A stretch of 63,917 nt of DNA, filler included, from Octopus bimaculoides (GCF_001194135.2; 5 parts of 5 records of this genome joined end to end with filler, not necessarily neighbours in it); one strand, 5' to 3'. Shown: positions 26,346 through 40,318, counted from the first letter of the whole stretch. Translations and numbers: made by a program. The notes: generated by a model not told the origin, from the sequence alone.

Positions 26346-26721
26346 ATTTGTGTGAGATACAATAAAAATGTTATGAAACTATTCTATGTTTATACTTCTT
26401 ATGTGTGGACAATGTCCAATTAATTTGAACTTTGAATGTCGTTAAATTTTCTCACTTACATGAATGTGTATACTTATTACAGTGTCATATATAATCCAAC
26501 ACCATATGCTAATTTATGTAAATATCATTTGTTATAGAGAAACTAACTTGGTGAATAACATCAACTAAAATCTAGCACTAAAAATTTTTGTACAAATGTA
26601 TCTATGGGTATTTTAAAATGCATATTTCCTCCATGAACCGATAAAAATTTTGTATATCTACACGCACACGCACACACATACACACATGTGTGTGTGTTTA
26701 TATATATATATAGAGAGAGAA

Positions 26722-26763
<42 letters not shown>

Positions 26764-27085
26764 NNNNNNNNNNNNNNNNNNNNNNNNNNNNNNNNNNNNN
26801 NNNNNNNNNNNNNNNNNNNNNNNNNNNNNNNNNNNNNNNNNNNNNNNNNNNNNNNNNNNNNNNNNNNNNNNNNNNNNNNNNNNNNNNNNNNNNNNNNNNN
26901 NNNNNNNNNNNNNNNNNNNNNNNNNNNNNNNNNNNNNNNNNNNNNNNNNNNNNNNNNNNNNNNNNNNNNNNNNNNNNNNNNNNNNNNNNNNNNNNNNNNN
27001 NNNNNNNNNNNNNNNNNNNNNNNNNNNNNNNNNNNNNNNNNNNNNAGAATAAAATGCACATCTATACACACACAAATATATATTT

Positions 27086-27121
<36 letters not shown>

Positions 27122-27429
27122 CGGGGGTCAACACTAGGTGAGATCCAGAGATGCTCAATATAGAAAACACAGTAGTGCTCGAATGATTTGAACTTACACT
27201 CCAAAATCTCTATCGAGGTCTAAGTCCACCAGAGTGGCTATAAGAGAAATCGAAGCTGATGTAATGATGTAAATAAACGCACTTGGGCTCGATACATACA
27301 TGTAAATTCAGAGAAAAAAATGAATATATTCAGAAGATGAACGCTCGTGGAGAACCATTGAAATATATTTACAGAACAGATTTACATGGAGTATAAAAAA
27401 TAGAGAGAAAAAAAGTATAAAGGGTATGG

Positions 27430-28850
27430 CATTTCGGGTCCGACAGCTGTTTCTGGGGGCTCAGAATTATGTGATAATTGTAATGTCGGCACATGGAGTG
27501 TGCAAAACTCAAGGATATGCAACCAGTAGGAATGTATATAAATATTACCATAAAGCCGGCTTCTGCCTTGAGGGTGGAAACTAGCGGTTCAAATCATAGT
27601 TTGAGAGAATTTAAGAGTAGAATGGGAGAAGAGGAAGGCGAAAAGAATTAGGTAGAAGGAGGATGTTGGTAGTTCAGGAGGAGGGAACTGTTGAAGCAAA
27701 CGAAGGGCAAGAAGAGGTAGGAGAAATAGAGTACAGAGATGGGATTGAAAGAAGTAGAAGTAGAAGTGGTGAGCCGCGAGATGAGTGGAAAGGGTTAGGA
27801 TAGGTAGTATTGTAAAGGGTGAAGTTCTTGTTTGGTATGTTGACAAGAGATGTTATTAATCAGGGATGGTGGAGGTTATAGAACTAGAAGGAGAAGAGAT
27901 GAATGAAGTAGGGAATGGGGTTGTGACAGCGGGGATATAGGGGCTACTGTAAAAGGGAATGTAAAAGGTACGGTGAGAGAAGGGAAAGGCGAGTACTGAA
28001 ATGAAGGGGAGGAATCTAGATGCCTGCAGGGAGACTAAGGAGAAATTCGAAGAATAAAAGTGAGTTTGGAAAGTAGGAGGAAGAATAATGACCTAAAGAG
28101 AAAGGTATGAGAGTAAATAGAGAAAGAGAGGGGGGGAGAAAGGGGGGAGAAAGGGGGGATAAGTTGGTAACAGTGGCAAGGGGTATGTAGTGCTAAGTGG
28201 TTCAGGTTAAGGGTGAAGCTAGGAGGGGGTGGGGAAGGAATTCGAGGGATGAATATGGGATAGTGGGATAGGAGGAATGTGCGAAGAGAATCGATAGAGA
28301 GAGAAATATGTATAGAAGGGTGGGATAAATAGAGTTGTTATGCTGTTAGCGCGGCTAAGTTGAAATTGAAGTTTGAATCGCAATTAGGGGAATTATTCAA
28401 ACTTTACATAATAGGCAAACAGTGAATAAAATTTGTGCTTTCGTGAATAGATTACATCTGAGAATCTATTGAGTAATGAGGGTTTGCAGTGGCAGAGGAT
28501 GGCGAGGGATTCGCTTAAACACAATTTATAAGCCCTGGGGTTGTTATTGTACGAGTGAGCCTCGCAAATAATGGACCAGGATAGAGTATAAAGAATATTG
28601 TGGGACCTGAGGTTTTGTATGTAAGTCACTAAAGAGGTAGAACGTTTAGAGGTTCAGTTGGATAAAGAATTCACGTAGGTTCAGTTGCAGCGCCTAAAAT
28701 TGACTGTGTCGCCAATGTAGACCCTTGCCTGGTGGGAGCGTGGTGTTAATACCAAGATTTATAGACTACGTTATGGTGCAGACAGTAACTCCCGAGTGGG
28801 AGATTTGGCAGACCCGGAAATTGCAGGTTTTCCTATCAGTACTGGGGTTG
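27430..28850 (-). mobile_element. Penelope-like element 3' fragment: decayed GIY-YIG endonuclease plus long pyrimidine-rich 3' region
   Basis: minus: KTCNF..CPLGSYCLHHNVVYK / RVYIGDTVNFRR...KRSTSLVTYIQNLRSHNILYTLSWSII...YKLCLSESLAIL...LLNRFSDVIYSRKHK; multiple stops. Confidence 0.8.
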
Positions 28851-30301
28851 GAATTGATCCCTGCAAAGTCCTGATTTGTATGGTCAGTTACCACCCAAAG
28901 ACGTGCCGAAGATATTACCACTACCGGTGCTAGGTTGAGAGGGGATATCATCGTAATTATATGTGATCATGTTGGTAGCAGTATAGGATGCAGCATCATG
29001 GTTGGTATTATCATATCGGATTTGTATTATTGCTAATAGGAGAGTTGTAGTGGAGTTCAGGGAGATAGATCGTAGGATCTACCGTCAAGTGGTGAAGTTT
29101 GCATCTATGAGAAGTGGTAAAAATCATTGCTGAATGATTTTTGTCTGCTACTGATATACATCCGTGCCTTTTAACATTATATGCCTACAAGATGCTTACT
29201 CCTTTTACTGGATATACATGTTGAAATCGGTTTGTGTATGCAGAAAAAAAGTTATAATACAGGAAGATGGAATGAACAAGCATTAATCCAAATTACAACC
29301 ATTGTTTCTGCGTATTAGTAACAGCCGTTAAACTGTTAGCGGTTGAGCGTTTCACATATTATACATAGTAAATATGACCCAACAGCAGCTGTGTACTCGG
29401 ACGTCACCAGGTGAGTGGCTTTGAGAGCACTGGTGGATAACCAGTGGGTTTTTTTTTTTTGTTTTGTACCCATATTCTACATTTTAGCATGTTTTGTATA
29501 TTTTAACATCTATTTAAACAGACACACGCCATCATAAAAAATATCAAGAACATTAATGGAAATAAAAATCAAAAATATAAATTATGAAATAAACAGACCA
29601 AAATTAATCAATGGAAATTGATTAAAAGTAAAAAATATAAATTAACACAACCTCAAATTTGTTCTTTTCTTTAGTATGTGTTGACTTTTATGAAAATAAT
29701 GTTGGCAAAATATAAACGAGAGTACATGAACTGGAGTAATAAGTGACCTCGCGTCCTTTGAAGTAAAAGACGCTTACATTCAAAAGGGATAAGGAATTCT
29801 TTTAATCTATATTTTGGCAACATTATTATCTCAGCGTGTTACTCTATCTTCATAAAAGGCGAGATATATTTGTGCTAAAGGAAAGACTGAATTTGAGATT
29901 GTGTTACTTTATATTTTATACTTTTGATTTTTATTTCCATTGATTAATTTTGGTCTGTTTATTTTATAATTTACATTTTTTGTTTTTTATTTCTATTAAT
30001 TTATTTTGTATTTTTTATGACTTGTGTCTGTTTCAATCTACGTGTTGCTCTTTACCAAGGGAATGCTAAAAATAGAATATGGATACAAAACAATGGTTAT
30101 CCAGCAGTGCTCACAAAACCAATCACCTAATGACGTGCCAGTACACAGGTATTTCTGGATCATTTTATATAGAATTTATGCAATAATATGTATACTACGT
30201 GAAACATTCAACAATTAACACGTTAACGGCTGTTACTAATGCGCAGAAACAACTGTTGTATTTCATCTTTTTGAATTATATTTTTTTTAGGTCTGTATAT
30301 G

Positions 30302-30359
<58 letters not shown>

Positions 30360-31655
30360 CATACATACAATGGTAGATGGATACATATTTAGGTACATAT
30401 ATGTGTGTATACGCGCGTGCGCTTGTGTGTGTGTGTATATAGGTTGACAATTACACATAGGTAGATCTGTGTATGAATCCATACAAGTAGATAAGTGGTG
30501 GCGTCGACGTCAGTAGTAGTGCTTGTGGCTGTTGTGCTTCTTGTTGTGGGGAAAAGCAACTTCTCCGAGGGATTTCCATGCCAGAATCAGCTGAAAGTTC
30601 TGAAGGTCTAAATGCAATCATTGATTGACGTACAGAAAGAAATACCATCACGATCACCAACATCACCTCCTACTACTACCAGTACTCATCGCTAACACTA
30701 CGAGAATTAGTATCGCCATCACAACCAATAATACCACAAACCCCAACTTTACTTTATCTACCATTGTCACGACATCGACCACCACCTGTGCTACCAACAT
30801 AACCACGTTGCAACATCCTCACCTCTATACTAAGTATAATAGTAGAATAAAGATAATCCTTTATAATATATGCACATAGCCTGAAATTTTGAAAGTGGAG
30901 GTGCCCAATTGATTATATACACCCAAGTGCTAGAATAGTAATTATATTATCGGTCCGGAAAGGGAAGGGTTACCATTGATCTCAGTATCTGACAGGTACT
31001 TTATTTTGTCGATTTTGGAGTGATGAAAGCTAAGTTGAGCTCAGCAGGAATTGCAGCCAGTACGCGACCAAGAGGAAGGTTCCTGGGTTCAAATAATAAC
31101 CACGCGACATGGACCAACACCCCATCACAATACACCATTAAGACATCTGCTACCATTAACAAAGTAGCACCACCAACACCGCGAACAACAACAAGACACA
31201 TTTATAATAATAAAAACAACAACGGGAGTAATAACAACAGGACCACAATCACTACACTATCAACCACAACAATAACATCAAAACTGTAATACGATTGCCC
31301 CCACTACTACTACTACAATTGTCACCACCACCGTTACTGCCACAACCACCACCATTACTGCCATTATCACTCCCACAACAGTACATAAAAAAAAAATCTT
31401 TTGGCATGCAAAATCTTTTTTTGTGAAGTTTACGACATTTTCTTTCTGTTTATTGTGTAATTAAAGATTGTTGGGAATCTAAAGTTTTGATTTAATGGTT
31501 CCGTTTTGGCGGTCAACTGATGATGAAGAATTCTTGACTCCAACCTGACCACAACACTTTCTCATAAAGCCACATCACTGTCTGGAATCGGAGAGATTCC
31601 AACTTTGATAATATAACTTAAATGTGATAGTTATAACCGAATCCACGGGGAGTGC

Positions 31656-31711
<56 letters not shown>

Positions 31712-31752
31712 GAGATAAATAGATAGATAGACATACAGGCAGACAGACTAAC

Positions 31753-31817
<65 letters not shown>

Positions 31818-32411
31818 TGTATGTATTTGATACATTCAAAATGTTTTGGTTTGTATCTTCGATAAATGAAAAACTTGTTGCACACACATACAAACGCACG
31901 CGCGTACATACATGCACGCGCGTACAAACACGCAAGCGCGTGCGCGAGAGTTTTTATGTTTGTGTGTGTGTATGTGTTCATGTGATGGACACATCGCACA
32001 GATGATAGAAAAAAAAACTGACAAGAAATGTGCATACTAATACTATACGCTTTTGCACAGTTACGTGAGCACACGTAAATATATTCATACACATACGCAC
32101 ACCCTGTACTCCAGCCATAAATATATCTCTTCTTAATCTAATATCCATAAACACATCAATGATGCCTCCAGTTATTGACACCGTTCAATATATTAACCGA
32201 TGCTAAAATATCTGGCCAGGTTCTAGTTACGACTCCAAAAAAATGAGAAACAAATATATGAAAATACTTTTTACTTTTACATGAATTTACTAGCTTTTTA
32301 TCATGACGAAGCAAGTGCATCTGCATCTACATACAGAAAGATAAATTTACACATGCAAACACACATACATATGTGTATGTGCATATATTTGTATCTATGT
32401 ACATATGTATA

Positions 32412-32452
<41 letters not shown>

Positions 32453-33043
32453 NNNNNNNNNNNNNNNNNNNNNNNNNNNNNNNNNNNNNNNNNNNNNNNN
32501 NNNNNNNNNNNNNNNNNNNNNNNNNNNNNNNNNNNNNNNNNNNNNNNNNNNNNNNNNNNNNNNNNNNNNNNNNNNNNNNNNNNNNNNNNNNNNNNNNNNN
32601 NNNNNNNNNNNNNNNNNNNNNNNNNNNNNNNNNNNNNNNNNNNNNNNNNNNNNNNNNNNNNNNNNNNNNNNNNNNNNNNNNNNNNNNNNNNNNNNNNNNN
32701 NNNNNNNNNNNNNNNNNNNNNNNNNNNNNNNNNNNNNNNNNNNNNNNNNNNNNNNNNNNNNNNNNNNNNNNNNNNNNNNNNNNNNNNNNATTGATTCCTT
32801 CAATATATACAACAGTAGAATGATAGTTCTCACAACACACTACCTGAAGAGACATGTTGTGGCAAAACTAGTAATCTAAACACTGGATATCTAGCTATTG
32901 ATATATTTATAAATATGCTCTGTGTAAAAATGTTATAACTTAGAAGAATCCATTAATTATAATACAAAAAACATTTTGTTTTATGTTCACTTGTTATAAA
33001 AACAATTTTACATTAATCTCATGGGTAAATCTGAAGATGGCTT

Positions 33044-33221
33044 AGGCGTAGCAGTGTGGTAAGAAGTTTGCTTCTTAACCACATGGTTCCAGGTTCAGTC
33101 CCACTGCGTGGCATTTTGGGCAAGTATCTTCTACTATAGCCTCGGGCCGATTAAAGCTTTGTGAGTGGATTTAGTAAGCGGAAACTACAAGAAGACCGTC
33201 GTATGTATGCATACATACATA
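33044..33221 (+). mobile_element. SINE family A, 5' half, cut by a Tc1/mariner insertion
   Basis: aggcgtagcagtgtggtaagaag...ggttcagtccc...ctactatagcctcgggccg; ends in (TACA)n at the transposon TIR. Confidence 0.85.
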
Positions 33222-34495
33222 CATAGTGTCTGAGAATTAAGGCAACCAACTTTTTGCAATTTTGCCAAAGAAAACTATTATATCTGGGGTCTGAGCGTTG
33301 CAATGCAATGGTAAAGGAAAGATAATTATGACACTACCACATTTACTTGATATGATCACCTCTATTTCTAATAACAATATTAAGTCTAGCTGCGAAAGAT
33401 TCACATGAGGCATGCCGCTGTTCTTGTGAAATTGAAGCCCATTCCTGACGCAATTTTTGCCTTCAGAGCGTCGAGCGAAGCGGGAGGACTACTCGAGATC
33501 CTCGTCTCCAAAATGGACCAAACAGAAAACTCCAATGGGTCGAGATCAGGGCCTTTTGAGGACCAAACATCCTTGCCTATGAAGGACGTAATGCTTTTCT
33601 GAGTCCAGCCCTATGTCTGTTTGGAGCTGTTGGAGAGTGTCAAGTCTTGTTGGAAGCTCCAAGGTGCGCCTTGAAGGTGGTCATTCACCCATGGAAGCCG
33701 TTCAGCTTCCAGAATGTCGCTAATGTATCGCTGCGTGTTAATTTTAACACCCGAGGGTACAAAAACGAGGAGAAACCTTCCAGTGGCTGCCACAGCCGCC
33801 GAAACCATAACTGAGTGTGGATTTTTACGTCAATTTACGACTCTACCCTCGATGGTGCCAGGTACACGCCGAAGTTGGTCGTTCCGGGTGTTTACTGTCT
33901 GTTCGATGTCAAACTTCCTTTGATCAGTAAACACCAGGTTCGACAACGTGCCTTCAGCAATCTGATTCAGGATCAGAAGACTTCTCTCCAGTTTCATGAC
34001 CTTATGAACTTGCGTGAGCTCATAACGGTGGATCATCTTGTAGGGGTAGGTCCTGAGATCCTCCTTCAGCACTTGATACATCAATGTTCGGCTTATTGTT
34101 GCTGTAGCAGCCAGTTTTCTGACGGAAAGACAAATATTTCGCCGTATCTTTTGTCTGGTACTTTTTATAAGCTGAGGGGTCCACACATTTCCTTTTCGGC
34201 CACGTCTATGTCGATCAGCGGTGGAACCAGTTCCTTGAAATTTTCTAGATTGTTAGTCGCCTAATTTTAGGCTGTTTTGCTCGATCTCTATTACTTTCCC
34301 CTCCTTTGTGGTGGGTTATGATTGTTTTTCGGCCTATAGCCATTACCTAATTTATAAATCTAAATTTATTTAGTCTGAAACAAAAAGGAGACACACCAAG
34401 CTTTTGTAATGATGTATAATTTTCATATCTTATCACATTTATTGATAGTTATTAAAGTCCGAAATTTCGATCGCTTTAATTTTCGGGACACTCTG
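33222..34495 (-). mobile_element. Tc1/mariner maT (DD37D-type) transposon, full length but decayed
   Basis: imperfect TIRs catagtgtctgagaattaagg / ctttaattttcgggacactctg; LVFTDQRKF...WSFQQD-x37-(GPDLDPL)E FSVWSILE, with stops and frameshifts; third acidic residue reads E here. Confidence 0.85.
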
Positions 34496-34544
34496 TGTAT
34501 ATATATATAACCTTTTTTCCCAACCAGTCGCCATGCTTGATCAC

Positions 34545-34740
34545 TAAATCCACAAGTTTTTTATTCTCTCTCCGTTTATTTTCTCTTATCCCTTTCTGTT
34601 GAAGAGCGTAGGCTCGAAACGTAAAAGACTTTCTCACTTTCCCGAGCGTCAAACTAATACACCTGCTTGTTGTTCGTACACCTGTCTTTGTCTTTTATTT
34701 TTCTGTAAATTTGCTTTTCTGTACATTTCAACTGTATATA
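34545..34740 (+). mobile_element. solo PLE-type terminal repeat containing a hammerhead motif
   Basis: pyrimidine-rich non-coding segment around the HHR at 34592, ending in (TA)n; PLE origin inferred from the known PLE-HHR association. Confidence 0.5.
34592..34627 (+). ncRNA. type-I minimal hammerhead ribozyme, CUGUUGA core variant
   Basis: CUUU-CUGUUGA-A-GAGC(GUAG)GCUC-GAA-ACGU-A^-AAAG; perfect stems I and II, palindromic ACGU stem III. Confidence 0.7.
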
Positions 34741-34747
34741 TATACTT

Positions 34748-34929
34748 CCTTTAGTCAAACAAATCGACCCCAGGACTTATTCTTTGTAAGCCTAGTACTT
34801 ATTCTACCGGCCACTTTGCCGAACCACTAAGTTACGGGGACGTAAACACACCAGCATCGGTTGTCAAGCGATGGTGGGAAAACAAACACAGACACAAACA
34901 AACATACACATACATACACACACACGCGC

Positions 34930-34962
<33 letters not shown>

Positions 34963-35289
34963 TATATATNNNNNNNNNNNNNNNNNNNNNNNNNNNNNNN
35001 NNNNNNNNNNNNNNNNNNNNNNNNNNNNNNNNNNNNNNNNNNNNNNNNNNNNNNNNNNNNNNNNNNNNNNNNNNNNNNNNNNNNNNNNNNNNNNNNNNNN
35101 NNNNNNNNNNNNNNNNNNNNNNNNNNNNNNNNNNNNNNNNNNNNNNNNNNNNNNNNNNNNNNNNNNNNNNNNNNNNNNNNNNNNNNNNNNNNNNNNNNNN
35201 NNNNNNNNNNNNNNNNNNNNNNNNNNNNNNNNNNNNNNNNNNNNNNNNNNNNNNNNNNNNNAATTGACTTACAAGGCTTTGGTCGGCCA
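34748..35289 (-). mobile_element. SINE family A, partial, spans an assembly gap
   Basis: cctttagtcaaacaaatcgaccccagg...gccgaaccactaagttacgggg...; resumes after the gap with acaaggctttggtcggcc. Confidence 0.8.
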
Positions 35290-35868
35290 TTGTTAAATGC
35301 TCGAAATACGAGACTAGAAAAACAGCCAACAACTGATGAGGGTCATTCTTTATGTTGTTTGTTTTGTTTTCCATTTGTGTCTTTCGTTGTTCGAAAGAAT
35401 AGTTCATGTTCCATGTACTCGTGCTTCCTATTTTTTTTTGTACACGTTTCGTGACGTCCTGTGCCCACATATGCATATATATATATATATATATATATAT
35501 CTTTTATCTTTTTCTTACTTCAGTCATTAGACTGCGGCTGCATGTATGTATGTGTGGTCTAATATCTCATCACTTTTATATATATATGCACAAATATACG
35601 TGTGTGCGTGTAACAACACATTCGGGCTCCTACCATAGTAAATTGCACTTCAAACCTAACAGCTTACCCAACAACAAAGTATATATTAAAACCATTCAAA
35701 ATAAACAAGTGGTCTTGCATATAAGATATTGACTCATGCGTTGGTGTTTTCGTTTACTTCTTTATTGCCATTCCAATTTATAACGTTTCCTTCCCACCCA
35801 TGCTTTCATGTCTTTAGAAATTTGCGTATATTTCAGCCTCTTACCATTTGATTTTGCTGTTTTAGGAT

Positions 35869-35907
<39 letters not shown>

Positions 35908-38087
35908 AACTCAATTTCGTTATCAAGGAGGAAAAAATATTTCTTTATGTCGTTCGCTTTATTTTCTCATCTTCATACTTCTCCTTCTTTACTTACTCCT
36001 TCCCCTGTATATAGTTTAAGTATGTTTTTTATTGTTATTTCTTCCTTCGATATGTTTTCTACCTCTCTTCCTCGTCTACCTCTATTTCGTTNNNNNNNNN
36101 NNNNNNNNNNNNNNNNNNNNNNNNNNNNNNNNNNNNNNNNNNNNNNNNNNNNNNNNNNNNNNNNNNNNNNNNNNNNNNNNNNNNNNNNNNNNNNNNNNNN
36201 NNNNNNNNNNNNNNNNNNNNNNNNNNNNNNNNNNNNNNNNNNNNNNNNNNNNNNNNNNNNNNNNNNNNNNNNNNNNNNNNNNNNNNNNNNNNNNNNNNNN
36301 NNNNNNNNNNNNNNNNNNNNNNNNNNNNNNNNNNNNNNNNNNNNNNNNNNNNNNNNNNNNNNNNNNNNNNNNNNNNNNNNNNNNNNNNNNNNNNNNNNNN
36401 NNNNNNNNNNNNNNNNNNNNNNNNNNNNNNNNNNNNNNNNNNNNNNNNNAAGTGTGTTATAAAAATGGGAAAACATATTTCCATGGATCCTGATATTGTA
36501 TTTGGCACACACTAAATGTTATCAGTAATATCACATTTCTTCATTCTTGAGCGATCGATTCGCAAGCCATTGAATAATTTGGTTTACTATTTTCGAGTCG
36601 TCGCCACAGACACCGCCACTGTGATACCTACAACAATTGAGGCCCCCACCACTGTCATCATGTGACCGTCGTAAGTTCCACTACAAAAATCTTCAATACC
36701 AATATAGTCATCATCAACCCCCAAATCGTCATCACCCCGACATCGTCGTCATCATCCCAACATCACAAACTCACATCACCCTCATATCATTATCATCATC
36801 ACTACCACCCCTAATGCTACCCTCTTACATTTATTACCTCTTACATTATAACACCTGTTCAGTTGTTATAAACAAGAACAACTTATGTATTAGCCTTCAA
36901 TCAGCACAAGCATTCACTCAACAACTGCATATCAACAATATACATTTTAATCATCGTTACTAAACACTACATCTAACGACCCAGCAACCACTACTAAGCA
37001 CTTCGCTATACTATATCCAATACTGTAGCAACCATCACAAACACTAGCTCCAGCCAGATCACAGAAGTATCAACGTCATATATGTGTTAACATTTACTAC
37101 CAATGTGATCATAATCTATAAAATCAATACTCATTACTGCTCAAAACTAAGGAACGTTCCACCGTCACTGATCCATTACAATCACATCAATCAATCCCAG
37201 ACACCAATCAAAAACATCAATGCTGTTACCATAGGTTGTTGGGATTAGATCATTTGTAATGTAAGGTAAACTTAAATACAATATGTGTCGATGTTAAAAG
37301 TAAATAAAGTGATTACATCATAGGTTTTATTTCTCTGTTGATATAAACATTCTTTTAAATAAAAATGAGCTAAGTGGTAACAACTCAGAGCGGCCAGCAG
37401 TATTTATTTGAACAGCATAGGCAAATACAGGTGTATCAGACAAGATTGTAACATAAATTCTTGACTTATCAAAATTATTTCTGCCTAGGATGTAACATAA
37501 TTGACAAATTCTAATTAAGACCAGCTCCACTTGAGAAGGATAGGGGATGATATCAAAAATCAAGAATTCTCGAAAGTCCCTCCTCTTTAACACAATACAC
37601 AACCCTCCCTACATTTCTTAATCATTTTAAATATCTCCTTGTCCTTCTTGTACCTTCTGTTTTACTATTTCTTTTAGTTACTTCGAAGGAAGTATCCTAA
37701 AAATGTAGACCGTTTGAAGATTCAAGGCCCAAACCTTTATTTAGTTCCCGTGTTTAAAATCAGACATGTAGAGCATCAGACCTTTGTCTAAAACTTCAGA
37801 AATATATCTAGAACTTATGAAATGCGTCTAAAATTTCACGGCAAGCAAACTTACTGACGCAGAATCTCTTGAATCTTAATGTGTATTATATGTTAATTTA
37901 TGGCAACCTCTAACTTAATTCATAGATTGACCCTCGCCAGTGAAGGAATTCTTCTTGTTTACTATTTACTGACACCTAACTGAGCACAAAGCTGGTAGCT
38001 ACATTACGCTCCAGAGAAAGCCACAGCTTTTTTTGAAAACCAATAAACTGAATATTATGCATACATTCGAAGCAAGATGTGTATATA

Positions 38088-39340
38088 CAGGGTGCGTAAG
38101 ATATTTGAGGACAGATTTATGTTTATGAAAAAAACAGATATATAATAACAGATACTAACTTCATTTATCAAAAAATGCTATCAGGATAAAAATAAACCTT
38201 CTTTTCTATAATGTTATTCAATAAAGCCACCTTCAACTTCAACTACTGCTTCTATATGACATCTAAGTCATCTACATGCTCGAATCAAGTGGTCCTGGTT
38301 CATTTTAGACATTACTCTGACTATGGCAGCTTTTAAAGAACCCTTGGTGCTATGGACGTGTTTATTGACCTCTCTTTCAACAACGCTCCACATGTAATAG
38401 TCCAATAGATTGAGATCTGGGGAATTAGGAGGGCAAAAGTTAGGGATTATGTGATCATGAAAATTTTCAGCCATCCATTCATGTGTTACTAGAGCCATGT
38501 ATGATAGTACAGAGTCTTACTGAAACACATATGGCCTTCTATTGCATAAACTGTCTATCCGGCACTTAACCATTATTTCCAGGACTTCAATGTAGGCGGC
38601 AGAGTTAACTCTAAGGCCTTGTAGAAAGACGTAAGTAGGCATCATATGTCCTTTATTGCTGACAACCACTAAAACCATGACAATTGCAGGAAATTTTGTA
38701 TGTATAACACTTGAAACTTCAGAAGGGTCTGCACATAACCAACTGTCATTTCTTCTATTAACCTTTTAGTCTTGGTCGAAGTTTTTCTCGATTGAGAAAA
38801 ACCAAATCAAATCTTCTGCTGGATTTTTCAGTTCGTTTAAGAGCCTTTTAGATCTGATGTAGTGATTTTCTTTTGCTTTTTCGGACAAATTGACCTTTCC
38901 TCATCATATAAGACTTATATATGATGTCTTCGTGGACAACATTTCTGACTGTTCCTTCTGACACTTTGCAATTGACCTCATAGACTTTCTGGGATTGTAA
39001 TCAATGGTCTGTTGAACTTGCTGGATAAATTCAGGTTTTCCGATGATTTCAGAGTGTTTAGAATGCTTTTTATGCTTTGATGCTGGTGATACGTTTCCAT
39101 CTTTAGTCTCTAACTCCTTACGAACTATGTAGACGAGAGATCTGGCAACTTTTAAAAAATCAAGATATTTCTAAATCGCTATGCTTAGCATTTACAACCG
39201 CGATAACAGCATGCCTCTTCATTTCTTGAGTAAGCTGAGGGTCTGCCATTATTATTTTCTGAAATAAAGATTATACAGAGTTAGCAAAATATGCAACAAT
39301 CACCAAAAAAGGTATGTCCTCAAATAACTTACGCACCCTG
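38088..39340 (-). mobile_element. Tc1/mariner maT DD37D transposon, complete with both TIRs and TA target duplication, decayed transposase
   Basis: TA|cagggtgcgtaagatatttgagg ... cctcaaataacttacgcaccctg|TA; PYVFQ*D-x37-D (PPNSPDLNLLDYYMWSVVEREVNK). Confidence 0.92.
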
Positions 39341-40286
39341 TATANNNNNNNNNNNNNNNNNNNNNNNNNNNNNNNNNNNNNNNNNNNNNNNNNNNNNNNN
39401 NNNNNNNNNNNNNNNNNNNNNNNNNNNNNNNNNNNNNNNNNNNNNNNNNNNNNNNNNNNNNNNNNNNNNNNNNNNNNNNNNNNNNNNNNNNNNNNNNNNN
39501 NNNNNNNNNNNNNNNNNNNNNNNNNNNNNNNNNNNNNNNNNNNNNNNNNNNNNNNNNNNNNNNNNNNNNNNNNNNNNNNNNNNNNNNNNNNNNNNNNNNN
39601 NNNNNNNNNNNNNNNNNNNNNNNNNNNNNNNNNNNNNNNNNNNNNNNNNNNNNNNNNNNNNNNNNNNNNNNNNNNNNNNNNNNNNNNNNNNNNNNNNNNN
39701 NNNNNNNNNNNNNNNNNNNNNNNNNNNNNNNNNNNNNNNNNNNNNNNNNNNNNNNNNNNNNNNNNNNNNNNNNNNNNNNNNNNNNNNNNNNNNNNNNNNN
39801 NNNNNNNNNNNNNNNNNNNNNNNNNNNNNNNNNNNNNNNNNNNNNNNNNNNNNNNNNNNNNNNNNNNNNNNNNNNNNNNNNCTGTTTTATTTTTATTGTA
39901 TTTGTGTAACATTGTTCGTTTTTTTCCGTCCTTGTTTTTGTATACATTCGCTGATTTCTTCCAAGGAATCTAATGCTCTTAGCTTGGTTTTTCCTTGGGG
40001 ATGGCCAGATTGGAGCAATATCGAGAATAACCAGCCGAAATTGCAAGGATAATCTGGATCTCGACTGAGGAAAGAAAACTCCGAATGACCTGTCCTTGTT
40101 TCCTTGTATCGTTTATCTGGATGTTTTGTCCCTTTCTTGTATCACTTAACTGTCTGGATGCTTTGCGTCCTTGTCCCATTCTGTATTATTTATACATATA
40201 TATATATAAATATATATATATACATACATACGTATATATATGTGTGTATGTGTGTATGTGTGTATGTATGTGTGTCTGTGTGTGTG

Positions 40287-40318
<32 letters not shown>

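Noticed and set aside
29340-29390. Minus-strand CUGUUGG..CAUAUU/AAUAUG..GAAACGCUC hammerhead-like string
   Set aside because: Several core mismatches, no valid cleavage triplet and no clear stem I.
30480-31380. T/H/N-rich ORFs in CAA/CAC/ACC-rich DNA (also 36600-37230, 48900-49000)
   Set aside because: Decayed trinucleotide repeats, not mucin-like exons; no splice or homology support.
35333-35400. CTGATGAG motif in an unclassified repeat
   Set aside because: No stem II-GAAA-stem III arrangement follows.
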